A DNA stretch of 64,000 bases from Anaerolineae bacterium (GCA_963675785.1 OY776562.1:2016001-2080000), one strand, 5' to 3'; counted from the first letter of the stretch, positions 37,908 to 48,535 are shown. Made by a program: numbers and translations. Notes: a model not told the origin generated them from the sequence alone.

Positions 37908-38609
37908 GTGAGCGTTCTGGTGATTGAAGCGGATACCCGCTATGCGCAGCAGCTAAAAGAGAACCTCGCTTCAGCCGATGGTCTTGGCCTTGATGTTCAT
38001 ATCGTGCCCGACATACAGCAGGCTTGCAAGTCACTTGAAGAGGCTTGCCCTCGCTTGATTGTTTTGAGTTTGGAGGACGACGAGACCAAACCGGGTGCAC
38101 AATGTGCCAAACTCCACAAGACGAGAACGCCGCTCTTGGTGCTCGCTCCTCCTGATAAAAAAGAGTGGTGTGTTCAGTGCCTTTCCGCTGGAGCAGATGA
38201 ATGCATCTGCAAACCCATAGGCCGCCGTGAACTTTTGGCTCGCGCCAGGGTTTTACTTCGCAAGGATCCACGAGCCAGAGCATCTCACGAGTATTTTGAC
38301 GGCCACATTCAAGTCGACACACGAATACAGTGGGCGTGCCGCAACGATATTCCCCTACACCTCTCCAATATGGAAAACCGTTTGTTTGGTCTTTTACTCG
38401 AACGGCGTGGTCAATCTATTACCTATGAAAGCCTATGCGTTGCGTTGTGGCCGGAAAAGGACATGGAATCGGCCCGCCAACAGTTGGCCATTCTGGTGCA
38501 CGCCCTGCGAAACAAAGTAGAAGACGATCCTTCTCACCCCGTCTATATCAGAACCCGCCGAATGGTTGGGTACTATTTTTCTCCCCAAAACGCTATTGAC
38601 CGCAAGTAA
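37908..38609 (+). CDS. OmpR/PhoB-type response regulator with atypical, Asp-less receiver
   Basis: GAD..KP, ELLAR, winged helix LRNKVEDDP..YIRT..GY; phospho-acceptor position reads LIVLSL; GTG after AAGGAGG. Confidence 0.8.
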   Translation: MSVLVIEADTRYAQQLKENLASADGLGLDVHIVPDIQQACKSLEEACPRLIVLSLEDDETKPGAQCAKLHKTRTPLLVLAPPDKKEWCVQCLSAGADECICKPIGRRELLARARVLLRKDPRARASHEYFDGHIQVDTRIQWACRNDIPLHLSNMENRLFGLLLERRGQSITYESLCVALWPEKDMESARQQLAILVHALRNKVEDDPSHPVYIRTRRMVGYYFSPQNAIDRK

Positions 38610-38657
38610 AAGACTGGTTATAGTTCCGGCATCCTAGTTGATTGCTGGAGGATTCTT

Positions 38658-39734
38658 ATGCCCAAAAAGCTTAGAGCTGCCGTCATTGGCGCTGGTGCCA
38701 TTGCGACACACAGCCACATTCCCGCCTACCAAGCTTTGGATGATGTCGAGATTGTTGCCCTATGCGATATCAATGCCGCACGTGTTGAAGAAGAAGCACA
38801 AATACTCGGCATTCCTGCATGGTACACCGAGTACCAGAAAATGCTGGATACCGAGGCACCCGATCTTGTTAGTGTTTGCAGCCCCAATGCCTTTCATGCA
38901 CCCATGACTATTGCCGCACTCAGGGCTGGTGCCCATGTGATTTGCGAAAAGCCCATGGCCTTAACCTACGCGCAGGCCTGTGAGATGGTGAAAGCCAGTG
39001 AAGAAACTGGCAAAACACTTACTTTTGGTTTTCACATGCGCTCTGAGCCAACCAGCTTGGCGGCACTGCAGGCGATCAAGAGCAACAAATTGGGGCAGAT
39101 TTACTATGCCAAGGCCAGCTACTTGCGCAAGTCGGGAATCCCCGGATACGGCAGTTGGTTTACCAGCAAAGACTTGGCTGGCGGCGGTGCGATGATGGAT
39201 ATCGGCTGTCATATGCTTGATTTGACCCTTTGGCTCATGGGGCATCCCAAGCCAATAAGCGTTACTGCCAGCACTTATGCTGAATTCGGACCGAGGGCTA
39301 AAGGCCTCGGTGGCTGGGGAGCTGATCATTACGGACTGGGTGCACGCTTTGATGTCGATGATCTGACCTCTGCTTTTGTGCGTTTTGAGAACGGTGCAAC
39401 TATGCTGCTCGAAGCAAGTTGGGCCACCATGGGGACTCAGGGCCAGCACTTTCAGCTCTACGGCACCGAAGGCGGTTTGGAGCTCAATCCAAACCTCTTT
39501 GGCCAGGATGAACCCCTGCACTATTTCACAGAGAGTGACCTGGCTGAAAACGGCTCGCCTGTCGAACTCGTAGATACGGATGAGCGCGGTCACAAGAGCA
39601 TCATTAAGAACTGGATCGCAGCCATTCGCAAGGGCGAACAACCTGCCATCAAAGCCACCGAAGCGGCTATGGTCGTCAAGATCGTCGAGGCAGCCTATGA
39701 ATCTGCCAGAACTGGCAAACAAGTCGACCTCTAA
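38658..39734 (+). CDS. Gfo/Idh/MocA-family oxidoreductase
   Basis: GAGAIA, CEKP, GIPGYGSWFT, GGGAMMDIGCH. Confidence 0.9.
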   Translation: MPKKLRAAVIGAGAIATHSHIPAYQALDDVEIVALCDINAARVEEEAQILGIPAWYTEYQKMLDTEAPDLVSVCSPNAFHAPMTIAALRAGAHVICEKPMALTYAQACEMVKASEETGKTLTFGFHMRSEPTSLAALQAIKSNKLGQIYYAKASYLRKSGIPGYGSWFTSKDLAGGGAMMDIGCHMLDLTLWLMGHPKPISVTASTYAEFGPRAKGLGGWGADHYGLGARFDVDDLTSAFVRFENGATMLLEASWATMGTQGQHFQLYGTEGGLELNPNLFGQDEPLHYFTESDLAENGSPVELVDTDERGHKSIIKNWIAAIRKGEQPAIKATEAAMVVKIVEAAYESARTGKQVDL

Positions 39735-39746
39735 AGACTATTGAAC

Positions 39747-39784
39747 AAGCAGGGTAGCTCAATTTGCTGCCCTGCTTTCCTTTT
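39747..39784 (+). terminator. intrinsic terminator
   Basis: AAGCAGGGTAGC...GCTGCCCTGCTTTCCTTTT. Confidence 0.75.
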
Positions 39785-39878
39785 GTTCATAGCAACATCC
39801 CCCCTACAAAAGTTGCAAGCGCTCATCTTTATTCTCATTCAACTATTACGTTATATTGGATAAATACTATCTCTAATG

Positions 39879-39907
39879 TTGACTGAATGCATTGTATCGT
39901 GTAAGAT
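39879..39907 (+). promoter_or_regulatory. sigma70-type promoter of the HTH_17 gene
   Basis: TTGACT, 17-bp spacer, TAAGAT in an AT-rich stretch. Confidence 0.6.
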
Positions 39908-40057
39908 AGTGTTAATCAGTCAGTGTATTCTTACAGAAGGCAACTGTGTTCTTACGTCAAGCGCCTGTGACCCTTGCCAACTTGGAATGCGCTGCTGGGC
40001 ATAGTTTCAGCTATCCGCCCGAGGATTGCGGGCGGGCAAAACTGGGGGGATAAAAAG

Positions 40058-40255
40058 ATGGCTCAAGAGACTCTCTTGAACGTCAAACAGGTTGCAGATT
40101 ACCTGCAGCTGAAAGAGTCGACGATCTATTCGTGGGCTCAGGACGAAAAGATTCCTGCAATCAAGATTGGCCGAACCTGGCGCTTTCGTGAGACAGACCT
40201 AAACGAATGGCTCGAACGCCATTTGCAGGGTGAGGCTGAACCACTCAGCGAGTAG
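40058..40255 (+). CDS. small excisionase/BldC-like helix-turn-helix (HTH_17) DNA-binding protein
   Basis: LLNVKQVADYLQLKESTIYSW..IPAIKIGRTWRF; 65 aa. Confidence 0.88.
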   Translation: MAQETLLNVKQVADYLQLKESTIYSWAQDEKIPAIKIGRTWRFRETDLNEWLERHLQGEAEPLSE

Positions 40256-40367
40256 TTTTTGCTTGCGTGGACGCTCTTGATGCCCCGGAAGACGTTACTG
40301 CGAATTCATCATCGCCTTTATATTCTAGTTGCAGAACAGGCGAACCGGGGATCCGAGTTTGACTGAG

Positions 40368-40401
40368 AAAAGAGGATTGGCATATGCCCAATCCTCTTTT
40401 T
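40368..40401. terminator. intrinsic terminator
   Basis: AAAAGAGGATTGG...CCAATCCTCTTTTT. Confidence 0.85.
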
Positions 40402-40454
40402 GTATTGCATAGATTCTGACTAGCAGTAGAATGCGCGTTGGAGGTAATGAGCAC

Positions 40455-41816
40455 ATGGAATTCTCCCCACAACTCTACCAGCAGCCCCAACCACAAGCCG
40501 GTCGACGACACGCCCTTGCAGATATTATGCTGACCGCATTGCAAGCCGTGGACCCTACAGACGCCGTACAGCAAAGTGTTCACCTCACGGACACGGAACT
40601 CTTCATAGGGAACTCTGCCATCGCGCGTAATAGCATCGAGCACATCTGGGTAGTTGGTGCTGGCAAGGCCACTGCCGCCATGGCTGCTGGTTTGGAAGAG
40701 CAGTTGAACGATGCCATAACCGGCGGGCATATTGTGGTCAAATACGGCCACGGGTTACCTCTAGAGTATATTCGAGCTACTGAGGCGGGCCATCCTGTTC
40801 CCGATGAGAACGGCCTGCAAGGTTCCGTTGCCATTCTCGCACTGCTGAACTCGGCCACCGAGCATGATCTGGTCATCAGCCTCATCTCTGGTGGCGGCTC
40901 TGCGCTGCTTACCTGCCCACCTAAAGGTGTAGCGCTGGATGATCTGCAGCACCTTACCAAACAGCTCTTGCGCGCTGGCGCCACCATCAACGAGATCAAT
41001 ACGATTCGCAAGCATCTCGATCAACTCAAAGGCGGTGGTTTGGCACGTGCGGCTGCACCGGCGCGCGTCATCTCACTCATTCTCTCAGATGTGGTGGGGA
41101 ACCCGCTCGATGTCATCGCCTCTGGCCCTACTGTGGCCGATCCCACTACCTACGCCGATGCCTGGCGCATTCTGGAACGCTACGATCTGCTTTCATCAGC
41201 CCCCGAAGCCGTGCTGACTCATCTGCAAACAGGACAAGAGGGTCGCGTCGCCGACACACTCAAACCAGGCGCGCCCGAACTGGCACGCGTGACTAATCTC
41301 ATCATCGGTAGCAACGAGATCGCCGCCCATGCCGCCCTACAGGCCGCCTCTGAACAGGGATTGAATGCCTTGCTGTTGAGCACCTACGTAGAAGGCGAAG
41401 CACGCGACTTGGGACAAATGGCCGTGGCTATCGCCCGGCAGATTCTGGCGAGCGGCGAACCACTGGCCCGCCCGGCCTGTGTGGTATTGGGTGGAGAAAC
41501 CACCGTGACCGTACGCGGCACGGGACGTGGTGGACGCAATCAGGAGGCAGCACTGGCCGCAGCTATCGCTCTCGATGGGCTGGAGGATGTAACCATCGCC
41601 TTTTTTGCCACCGACGGCACCGATGGCCCCACAGATTCGGCGGGGGCTATGGTTGATGGGGATACGCTAAATCGCGCCCGCGCCCACGGGTTGGATGCCT
41701 ACGCTTACCTACAAAACAACGATGCCTATGCTTTTTTTGAGGCCCTGGGCGATCATCTGCTGACCGGCCCCACACGCACCAACGTCAACGACCTGGCCTT
41801 TGTGGTGGTGTGGTGA
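40455..41816 (+). CDS. glycerate 2-kinase (GckA/TtuD, MOFRL family)
   Basis: GAGKA, AGHPVPD, LISGGGSAL, SDVVG..IASGP, GGETTV, GGRNQE, TDGTDG, TNVND. Confidence 0.92.
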   Translation: MEFSPQLYQQPQPQAGRRHALADIMLTALQAVDPTDAVQQSVHLTDTELFIGNSAIARNSIEHIWVVGAGKATAAMAAGLEEQLNDAITGGHIVVKYGHGLPLEYIRATEAGHPVPDENGLQGSVAILALLNSATEHDLVISLISGGGSALLTCPPKGVALDDLQHLTKQLLRAGATINEINTIRKHLDQLKGGGLARAAAPARVISLILSDVVGNPLDVIASGPTVADPTTYADAWRILERYDLLSSAPEAVLTHLQTGQEGRVADTLKPGAPELARVTNLIIGSNEIAAHAALQAASEQGLNALLLSTYVEGEARDLGQMAVAIARQILASGEPLARPACVVLGGETTVTVRGTGRGGRNQEAALAAAIALDGLEDVTIAFFATDGTDGPTDSAGAMVDGDTLNRARAHGLDAYAYLQNNDAYAFFEALGDHLLTGPTRTNVNDLAFVVVW

Positions 41817-42370
41817 TGCAAGAAACAGCCTTTATCCTCATCACCGGAGAAAAGCGCGTCGGCAAGTCGACGCTTGCTGCTCGTGTAGCTGCTCGTGCCC
41901 AAAATAAGGGACTAGAGGTCGGTGGCATCATCGCCGAAGCGACCTGGAAAGATGATGGCAGCAAAGATGGCATCGAGGTTTATAACCCGGCCAGTGGCGA
42001 ACGCCGCAGATTAGCCAATGTGATTCACGATAGCAGGACGCCCACTATCGGCGAATACGCCTTTGAAATGAAAACAGCAGACTGGGCATTGGAAGTGATG
42101 CAACAAGCCCTGGCCTCCCCACTCGATCTGGTTATCATCGATGAAATGGGGCGCCTGGAGCTGTTCTATGGCTGCGGGTACGCGCCACTTGTCCCTCTGT
42201 TCAAGCAAGCACAATCTCGCATAGTCATAATCCTTGTGCGAAATGGTTATGTCAATACTCTCATAGAAAAGAGTGGCATTGAACCCAATGCCACAATCGA
42301 AGTAGACGAACTAAACCGCGACAAGCTACCAGAACGGGTGTACCGACGTTTGCGAAAGTTGCTGAAATGA
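41816..42370 (+). CDS. nucleoside-triphosphatase (THEP1/DUF2478-like P-loop NTPase)
   Basis: GEKRVGKST, VGG, IIDEMG. Confidence 0.8.
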   Translation: MQETAFILITGEKRVGKSTLAARVAARAQNKGLEVGGIIAEATWKDDGSKDGIEVYNPASGERRRLANVIHDSRTPTIGEYAFEMKTADWALEVMQQALASPLDLVIIDEMGRLELFYGCGYAPLVPLFKQAQSRIVIILVRNGYVNTLIEKSGIEPNATIEVDELNRDKLPERVYRRLRKLLK

Positions 42371-42371
42371 C

Positions 42372-42399
42372 AAGAGGGGCTGCCAGGCAGCCCCTCTTT
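42372..42399. terminator. bidirectional terminator
   Basis: AAGAGGGGCTGCC-A-GGCAGCCCCTCTTT. Confidence 0.8.
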
Positions 42400-42402
42400 A
42401 GT

Positions 42403-44676
42403 TTAGGCATGAATCGTAAATTCAGTCTGCCCCACCGGCAAAGTAGCGCTCTTTAGCATTGGCCCCTCCCTACTGGGGAAAGCCACGAACACTTGCACTG
42501 GGTAATTCCAGCACGTCTCGATGCGCCCACTCACAGAGTTTGCATCCGCCTGCACCTCAGCCATTTCGACACCGCCCATAGAGAAATGTAGATCGGTAGC
42601 CACAAAGGTGGGCTGTTCGTGCCAGGGCAACAGTTTGACCAGGGCATTGCTGTGAGCTGCGACATTCGGAATGGTTAGCGTCTCCCCGGAGGAGAAGACC
42701 CCCAACAAGCGCTGACTCCAGAACTCGTAGGCCAAAAACTTTTCGGTGATACGCTGGCAAACGGCCTCATCTAGCGTCAAATGCAGATCAGTGCGTTCAT
42801 CGTTCCAATTGAACAGGGCCACAGTGACCCAAGGTTCAAGCGCCGCACAGACGGGTTGTATGGGCGTAAGCAACTGCGAGGGGCATTCGGGCGCAAAATA
42901 ATCCAATGGTAGCGAGGGCGAATTCACCGAAGGAATGACGTGGCGATAGAGCGCCTTGCGATCGGCGTCCAACTCGCAGAATTTCTCAGTGAAACAGACG
43001 ATACCGCCGCCCACATACTGATTGAGGGCAATGGTACGAGCTTCATCGTCGTTCCATAGGCCCAGGCTCAGTACGCCATGACGCGTATCGTTGATGGGCA
43101 TAGTGCGACGCCGTACCATCATGGCATCGGGATCTACATGCCACAAGCGTGACATCCAGGTGCGGTAGATGTTCTGTTTGATCTTGGGCAGCGCCGGGGG
43201 ATTATCCCACATACCGGAGACATCGCTGCCGCTACGCTGCGAATTGGCCAGCCCCAGTGAACCACCATAATGCCCGCCGCACACCGAGAGATAAGCCTCA
43301 GGGCCAATGCCACGCCGCACAGCTTGTAAACCACGCTCGTAAGCTTCCAAACGGGTGGCTGAGCGATCGTAAAAACGCACCCGCGGATCGACAAACACCG
43401 AACGCAGGAAATCCAGTTTGTGATAGGTAAAGCCCCAATCCTCGGTCAGACGGCGGTATAGGGTTTCGATATGGTCGCATACGCCAGGATAGGTTGGATC
43501 GAGAACATAGTTAGGACCATCCATAGCGAATTCATGTAGAGTGCCATCTTCCAGACGCAGCAAGGCGTCGGGATAGGAAAAAGCACGCTCTGCATCAGCC
43601 TTGACCAAATAGGGGCAAGTCCAAATGCCGGGACGGTAGCCCAGAGCGCGAATCTTGTCGGCAGCGCGCTTCATGCCACTGGGCCAAAGCTCGTTGCCCC
43701 ACCAATCGCCCCAGTGCATATCCCAGCACTCGTCGATGAGGAACACATCAAGGGGTAGCCGATCCTTCTTCAGATAAGCCAGGTCCTCATCAAAATCCGC
43801 CTCGGCGAAATGGGGGCCATAATAGTACCAACTGCACAGCACCGAAGGCGGGCGTTCGGCAGGTGGCTCCACGTGATGATAGGCACCCACCAAATCGGCA
43901 AAGACAGCGATCAGTTCGTGTTCATCATCGCCGGCCATCAGCAGTACCCACTGGCTGGTGCGCTCGCCGCCGCGCGGCAATACCACATGATCGAACTCGC
44001 ATTCGGCCTGGAACAGCTCCAACTCCTGGCGCTCGATATCAGTGCGCAAGGTAAGGCGGGCCAAATGCCCCTTTTGGCTCAGATAGCCAACCAGCAGCCG
44101 TGTGCCCTCCGACAAGCAGCGATTCTTGAGCACCCCAAAGCTGTCCATCTCGATCTGTCGTGCCGTACCATCAGCTTGGTTGATATAGCCCTGCTCACTG
44201 GCGCGAGCCACGTTTTGAGCATAGTCGCCATCGAATAGACCCGGGCGAACGGAGGTGGGAATGCCATTCTTGTAACGAGCCTGAGCCACTAACTCCCAAC
44301 AGCCGACAGAAGCCCCGTCCAACAGAAAGCCTTCGTGCCCCCGACAGCAGAGAGGATGCAGCGCAACCAGCTCAGCCGGTTCGCTGCCCCGATACATCAA
44401 TCGCTGGCGCAATGCTGTAAGCTTGCCACATAGAGATACCCAAACCTGCCAATAGAGCACAGCCGCCGGTGTCTCGTAACAGTATTCGGTCAAAGAACCC
44501 TCTGCACCGGCAAGGTTCATCGGACGTTCGACAACCTCACGCAGCACCCAACGATCGGCAGCAGGCAGCGCAGGCGATATAGCTGGCAAGGCTAATTCGG
44601 TAACAAGCGCCACCCCTTTAGCATGAACAGTCAGCTTTTGGTCAGCTTGTTCTATCTGAAATGCGAACTGCGTCAT
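42403..44676 (-). CDS. GH36/GH27-like glycoside hydrolase (alpha-galactosidase-like)
   Basis: CSWYY, LIDECW, GIW, LDPT, KLDF nucleophile, RSGSD, DPD. Confidence 0.78.
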   Translation of the reverse strand: MTQFAFQIEQADQKLTVHAKGVALVTELALPAISPALPAADRWVLREVVERPMNLAGAEGSLTEYCYETPAAVLYWQVWVSLCGKLTALRQRLMYRGSEPAELVALHPLCCRGHEGFLLDGASVGCWELVAQARYKNGIPTSVRPGLFDGDYAQNVARASEQGYINQADGTARQIEMDSFGVLKNRCLSEGTRLLVGYLSQKGHLARLTLRTDIERQELELFQAECEFDHVVLPRGGERTSQWVLLMAGDDEHELIAVFADLVGAYHHVEPPAERPPSVLCSWYYYGPHFAEADFDEDLAYLKKDRLPLDVFLIDECWDMHWGDWWGNELWPSGMKRAADKIRALGYRPGIWTCPYLVKADAERAFSYPDALLRLEDGTLHEFAMDGPNYVLDPTYPGVCDHIETLYRRLTEDWGFTYHKLDFLRSVFVDPRVRFYDRSATRLEAYERGLQAVRRGIGPEAYLSVCGGHYGGSLGLANSQRSGSDVSGMWDNPPALPKIKQNIYRTWMSRLWHVDPDAMMVRRRTMPINDTRHGVLSLGLWNDDEARTIALNQYVGGGIVCFTEKFCELDADRKALYRHVIPSVNSPSLPLDYFAPECPSQLLTPIQPVCAALEPWVTVALFNWNDERTDLHLTLDEAVCQRITEKFLAYEFWSQRLLGVFSSGETLTIPNVAAHSNALVKLLPWHEQPTFVATDLHFSMGGVEMAEVQADANSVSGRIETCWNYPVQVFVAFPSREGPMLKSATLPVGQTEFTIHA

Positions 44677-44755
44677 TTATCCCCCCCAATGAACATATAT
44701 AAACAACGAGGGCTCTTCCCTAAAAGGAAAAAGCCCTCGCCACAAAGCATTACAG

Positions 44756-45829
44756 TTATTCGACCTTGACGGCCTGCATCTCACACTTGACGCAAAGCTC
44801 AGCAGCCTTGAGCGCATGCTCCTGGGTCATGGCTTTATCGGTACGGTTGATGCAGTCGAGAATCAGCTCACCAAAGTAGGGGAAGCCGATCTTGCCATGG
44901 ACGTCAAAGCGATGCTCGCCTTCGTGGTTGACCATGTATACATGATCGCCCTCAGGATCGCGGGTTATATCGATGTACTTGCGCATCTCGATATAGCCTT
45001 CGGTGCCCAGCAAGAAGGTGCGACCATCGCCCCAGGTACCCAAACCATCGGGGGTGAACCAGTCGCAGCGGAAATAGCCCGTGGCGCCGTTATCAGCCAA
45101 CAATGAAGCATCACCAAAGTCCTCGAGCTCGGGGTAATCCTTGAACTTGTAGTTGGCAACCTTGGCCGAAAGCACGGTAGCATCTTGGGCTCCTGTGTAA
45201 TACAGGAACTGCTCGATCTGATGGCTACCAATGTCCGTCAGGATGCCGCCATAGTACTTTTTGATAAAGAACCAGTCGGGGCGGGTCTCCAAGCGAATGC
45301 GGTGTGGGCCCATGCCAAGTGTTTGTACTACGCGGCCGATGGCGCCCTGCTTGACGAGCTGTCCGGCGTAGACGGCGGCCTCAACATGGAGACGCTCTGA
45401 ATAGTAGACCATGTACTTGAGACCGGTTTCAGCCGTCTTGGCCCGAACCTCAGCCAGCTGACCGAGCGTGGTCAATGGGCATTTGTCGGTAAAATAATCC
45501 TTGCCAGCATCCATGACGCGCAACCCCAGCGGAGCACGCTCTGAAGGAACTGCCGCGGCAGCAACGAGCTTGACTTCGGGATCTTCCAGTACCTCGGCCT
45601 CGCTGCGGGCCACTTTGGCGTCGGGAAAACGGCCGCGAAACTCTTTTACTTTGGCGGGATCGGGATCATACACCCATTTGAGCTCGGCACCAGCCTCGAC
45701 TAGGCCATTGCACATGCCAAAGATGTGCCCGTGATCCAACGCGACTGCAGCGAACTTGAACTCACCAGGACCTACAACGGCCGAAACCTTGCCCTCGGGA
45801 GCATAGTTCATGCCATCTGCTTTTTGCAT
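44756..45829 (-). CDS. Gfo/Idh/MocA-family oxidoreductase
   Basis: DHGHI, TDK, YSERL, GPHR, YGGILTDIGSHQ, WFTPDGL. Confidence 0.88.
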   Translation of the reverse strand: MQKADGMNYAPEGKVSAVVGPGEFKFAAVALDHGHIFGMCNGLVEAGAELKWVYDPDPAKVKEFRGRFPDAKVARSEAEVLEDPEVKLVAAAAVPSERAPLGLRVMDAGKDYFTDKCPLTTLGQLAEVRAKTAETGLKYMVYYSERLHVEAAVYAGQLVKQGAIGRVVQTLGMGPHRIRLETRPDWFFIKKYYGGILTDIGSHQIEQFLYYTGAQDATVLSAKVANYKFKDYPELEDFGDASLLADNGATGYFRCDWFTPDGLGTWGDGRTFLLGTEGYIEMRKYIDITRDPEGDHVYMVNHEGEHRFDVHGKIGFPYFGELILDCINRTDKAMTQEHALKAAELCVKCEMQAVKVE

Positions 45830-45903
45830 GTTGCCTCCTATAAATATCCATAACTGCGCCCTATTCTAGACATCTGAATCAAAATGTGCAATCGAATGCG
45901 CAG

Positions 45904-48402
45904 CTAATCCTGGAACCCTTCGACAATGCGGGCATAGCGCTGGACAAGCTCTTCGGCCTGCGCCTCACTTCGTGACTGGGTATAGATCTGAAAGCGCGGT
46001 TGGTCTTCATCCGGTGAAATCAACACCCATTCATCTTTGCCCAACTCTACCTTGACACCATCCATCTGGCGCCCCATCAGGCGATCCTTGAACTGTTCGT
46101 TCAACAAGCGCATGACTTGCCCCTTTGTCTCCCAGGGACAGGCCACTACACCCTGCGCCGTATAGTACTCGGGTATTTGGGCCAACGCACCAGAAAGTGA
46201 GCAGGCCTGCGTAGTCATAAACTCGCTCATCTTGACCACTGTCATAATGCCATCAACCACAGGTTGAAAATCTGGCCAGATAAAAGCGCCATAGCCATTA
46301 ACTGCCAGAATAACCTCCGGATCGTTGGCAGCTGCCATCAAGGCATAGCTGTTGTTCTTGGTACGCGCAACCCTACCGCCATTCTGCTCGGCAATTTTTT
46401 CAAAGATGTTGGGCATTGAAACAGGCACAGCAATGGTACCGCCACCCCGTTTGCGAAGAGCCATTAAAGCAACAGCCGCAGCCAGGCGGACACCCGAAAC
46501 CATCTTGCCCTGCTCATCGACGACATAGACACGCTCGCCACCAACATCGAGGCGAACGCCAAAGCAGATATCTAGAGCGCCGCAGATGCGCCCCAGTTGG
46601 ATCAACGCCTCTTGAAATTCCTGGGAGGGGATGGACATCTTGGTTTCATCGACCGAGCTGTTGAGTGCCACAGCGCGAATGTTCAGGCCGGCCTCCAGGC
46701 GAGGCAAGAGCTCGGCAGCAGGCGCGTTGGCAAAATCGAGCACCATACGCGGGCTGGCAGCGGCAATGGCCTCAACATCGACCACACGCATGAATGCTTC
46801 CATATAGCGGTCATAGACGTGTTCGGCATAATCGATGGTGCCGATTTCATCCAAATAGACTCGCCGAAAATCCTCGCGGAAATAGATCTTTTCAATGTTG
46901 CGCTCGGCGTCTTTGCTAAGGTCCTGGCCTGAGGCGTCAAAGAACTTGATGTCGACCACGCGATTATCAAAAGGTGATAGTCGCACATGCATACCCCCCT
47001 GGGCATCGCCAGAGCGGGTGATAAAGCGTGCTACGGGGATGGGCACTGAACCCACGTCGGACACATTGACGCCAGCCGAAGGCAAGCCAGAGATAGCACC
47101 GCGCTTGAGCATGCGCGGACTGCGGTGCGGATCACGGTTCATGATAACCGTGCTGCCTTTGGGCAGCGTAGCGGCAAAAGCTGCCCCAAGTCGTGCAGCA
47201 AACTCGGGAGTGAGGTCCACGTTCACCAGGCCAGTTACGCCATAGCGGCCAAATAACACGCGGCGCCCCTGTGCTCCCCAGATAATGCTGGTGCGCACGG
47301 TTGCGCCAGCTTCTATTTCCTTTTGCGGCCAAATTTTGACGCCAGGATGAATGACAGCGCCCTCGTCGATGACAGACGAGTCGCCCACAACAGCCCCTTC
47401 AAAGATGACAGCTTTGCTCTTGATAGCACAGTGTCGACAGATGATGGCTCCGCGCAATTCCACGCCTTCACCAATGTAGCAGTTGCGCCAAATGATACTG
47501 TGCTCTACATGAGCGCCGTTATCTACAACGCTGTAATCCCGAATGACTGTGGGGCCATGAATAGTCACGCCGCCTTTGATTTTGACGCCCTGCCCCAAGT
47601 AAATGGGGCCATAGAGCTGAGCATCCGGCGCAATCTCGACACCCTCGGCGCAATAAATGTCCTCGCCCAATCTTTCACCCAGAGGCTCTGTCTTGACAAG
47701 GCCACTCAATACATCACCAGTAGCACGCATGTACTCGGCAATGTTGCCCACATCGCACCAATAGCCCTTGCCCACAAAGCCATAGAGCGGCTCTTCTTTT
47801 TCCATCAAAAGAGGAAAGAGGTCTTTTGAGAAATCGTACTGGATACCGGGTGCAAAGTAATCCAAGACGCGCGGCTCCAGCACATAAATGCCAGTGTTGA
47901 CGGTATCCGAAATAACTTCGCCCCAGCTGGGTTTTTCCTGAAAGCGCTGAATGCGTCCCTGGTTATCGGTAATGATGACGCCGTATTCAAGGGGGTCTGA
48001 AACATGATACAGGGTCAGCGTCGCAGCGGCGTGGCGCTCTTTGTGAAAGTTGATGACCTCGGTAAGGTCGATATCCGTGATGCTATCACCGCTGATGACA
48101 ATAAATGTGTCATCCAATAATTCCTGAGCCTGCTTGACACTGCCAGCCGTCCCCAGCGGTGACTCTTCGATGCTGTATTCGATGTTCATGCCCAAACTGG
48201 AGCCGTCACCAAAAAAGTCTTGCACATCGGAAGCACGATACTGTAAGGTCACGATGACATCGGTAATGCCATGGCGCTTGAGAAGATCGAGAATGTGGCC
48301 AATGACGGGCTTGTTGGCAACAGGGACCATTGGCTTGGGGCGGTTCATCGTCAGCGGGCGCAAACGAGTGCCACTACCACCTGCCATCACAACTGCTTTC
48401 AT
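45904..48402 (-). CDS. mannose-1-phosphate guanylyltransferase / phosphomannomutase-like fusion
   Basis: [27 protein letters not shown], hexapeptide repeats, then a PGM/PMM-like domain. Confidence 0.88.
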   Translation of the reverse strand: MKAVVMAGGSGTRLRPLTMNRPKPMVPVANKPVIGHILDLLKRHGITDVIVTLQYRASDVQDFFGDGSSLGMNIEYSIEESPLGTAGSVKQAQELLDDTFIVISGDSITDIDLTEVINFHKERHAAATLTLYHVSDPLEYGVIITDNQGRIQRFQEKPSWGEVISDTVNTGIYVLEPRVLDYFAPGIQYDFSKDLFPLLMEKEEPLYGFVGKGYWCDVGNIAEYMRATGDVLSGLVKTEPLGERLGEDIYCAEGVEIAPDAQLYGPIYLGQGVKIKGGVTIHGPTVIRDYSVVDNGAHVEHSIIWRNCYIGEGVELRGAIICRHCAIKSKAVIFEGAVVGDSSVIDEGAVIHPGVKIWPQKEIEAGATVRTSIIWGAQGRRVLFGRYGVTGLVNVDLTPEFAARLGAAFAATLPKGSTVIMNRDPHRSPRMLKRGAISGLPSAGVNVSDVGSVPIPVARFITRSGDAQGGMHVRLSPFDNRVVDIKFFDASGQDLSKDAERNIEKIYFREDFRRVYLDEIGTIDYAEHVYDRYMEAFMRVVDVEAIAAASPRMVLDFANAPAAELLPRLEAGLNIRAVALNSSVDETKMSIPSQEFQEALIQLGRICGALDICFGVRLDVGGERVYVVDEQGKMVSGVRLAAAVALMALRKRGGGTIAVPVSMPNIFEKIAEQNGGRVARTKNNSYALMAAANDPEVILAVNGYGAFIWPDFQPVVDGIMTVVKMSEFMTTQACSLSGALAQIPEYYTAQGVVACPWETKGQVMRLLNEQFKDRLMGRQMDGVKVELGKDEWVLISPDEDQPRFQIYTQSRSEAQAEELVQRYARIVEGFQD

Positions 48403-48535
48403 AGCATCATACCTCCAGACGGCATCGGAAAACGTTTGAAATCTATACGAAGGCTAACCTAAAGCGCTTGAATTATAACACACGCCTGGGCTCTCTGGTA
48501 GGCGAAAATGGGGGCGCGGCTGGTTGCCCGGTCGC

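Noticed and set aside
40058-40255. Prophage or ICE excisionase marking a mobile element
   Set aside because: No integrase, tRNA target, att repeats or phage genes; the neighbours are metabolic genes.
40285-40320. Fluoride riboswitch or hammerhead-like GGCGATGATG on the minus strand
   Set aside because: It lacks the GTTCNCC pairing partner and 3' motif of crcB RNAs and the CTGANGA...GAAA hammerhead core; no suitable downstream gene.
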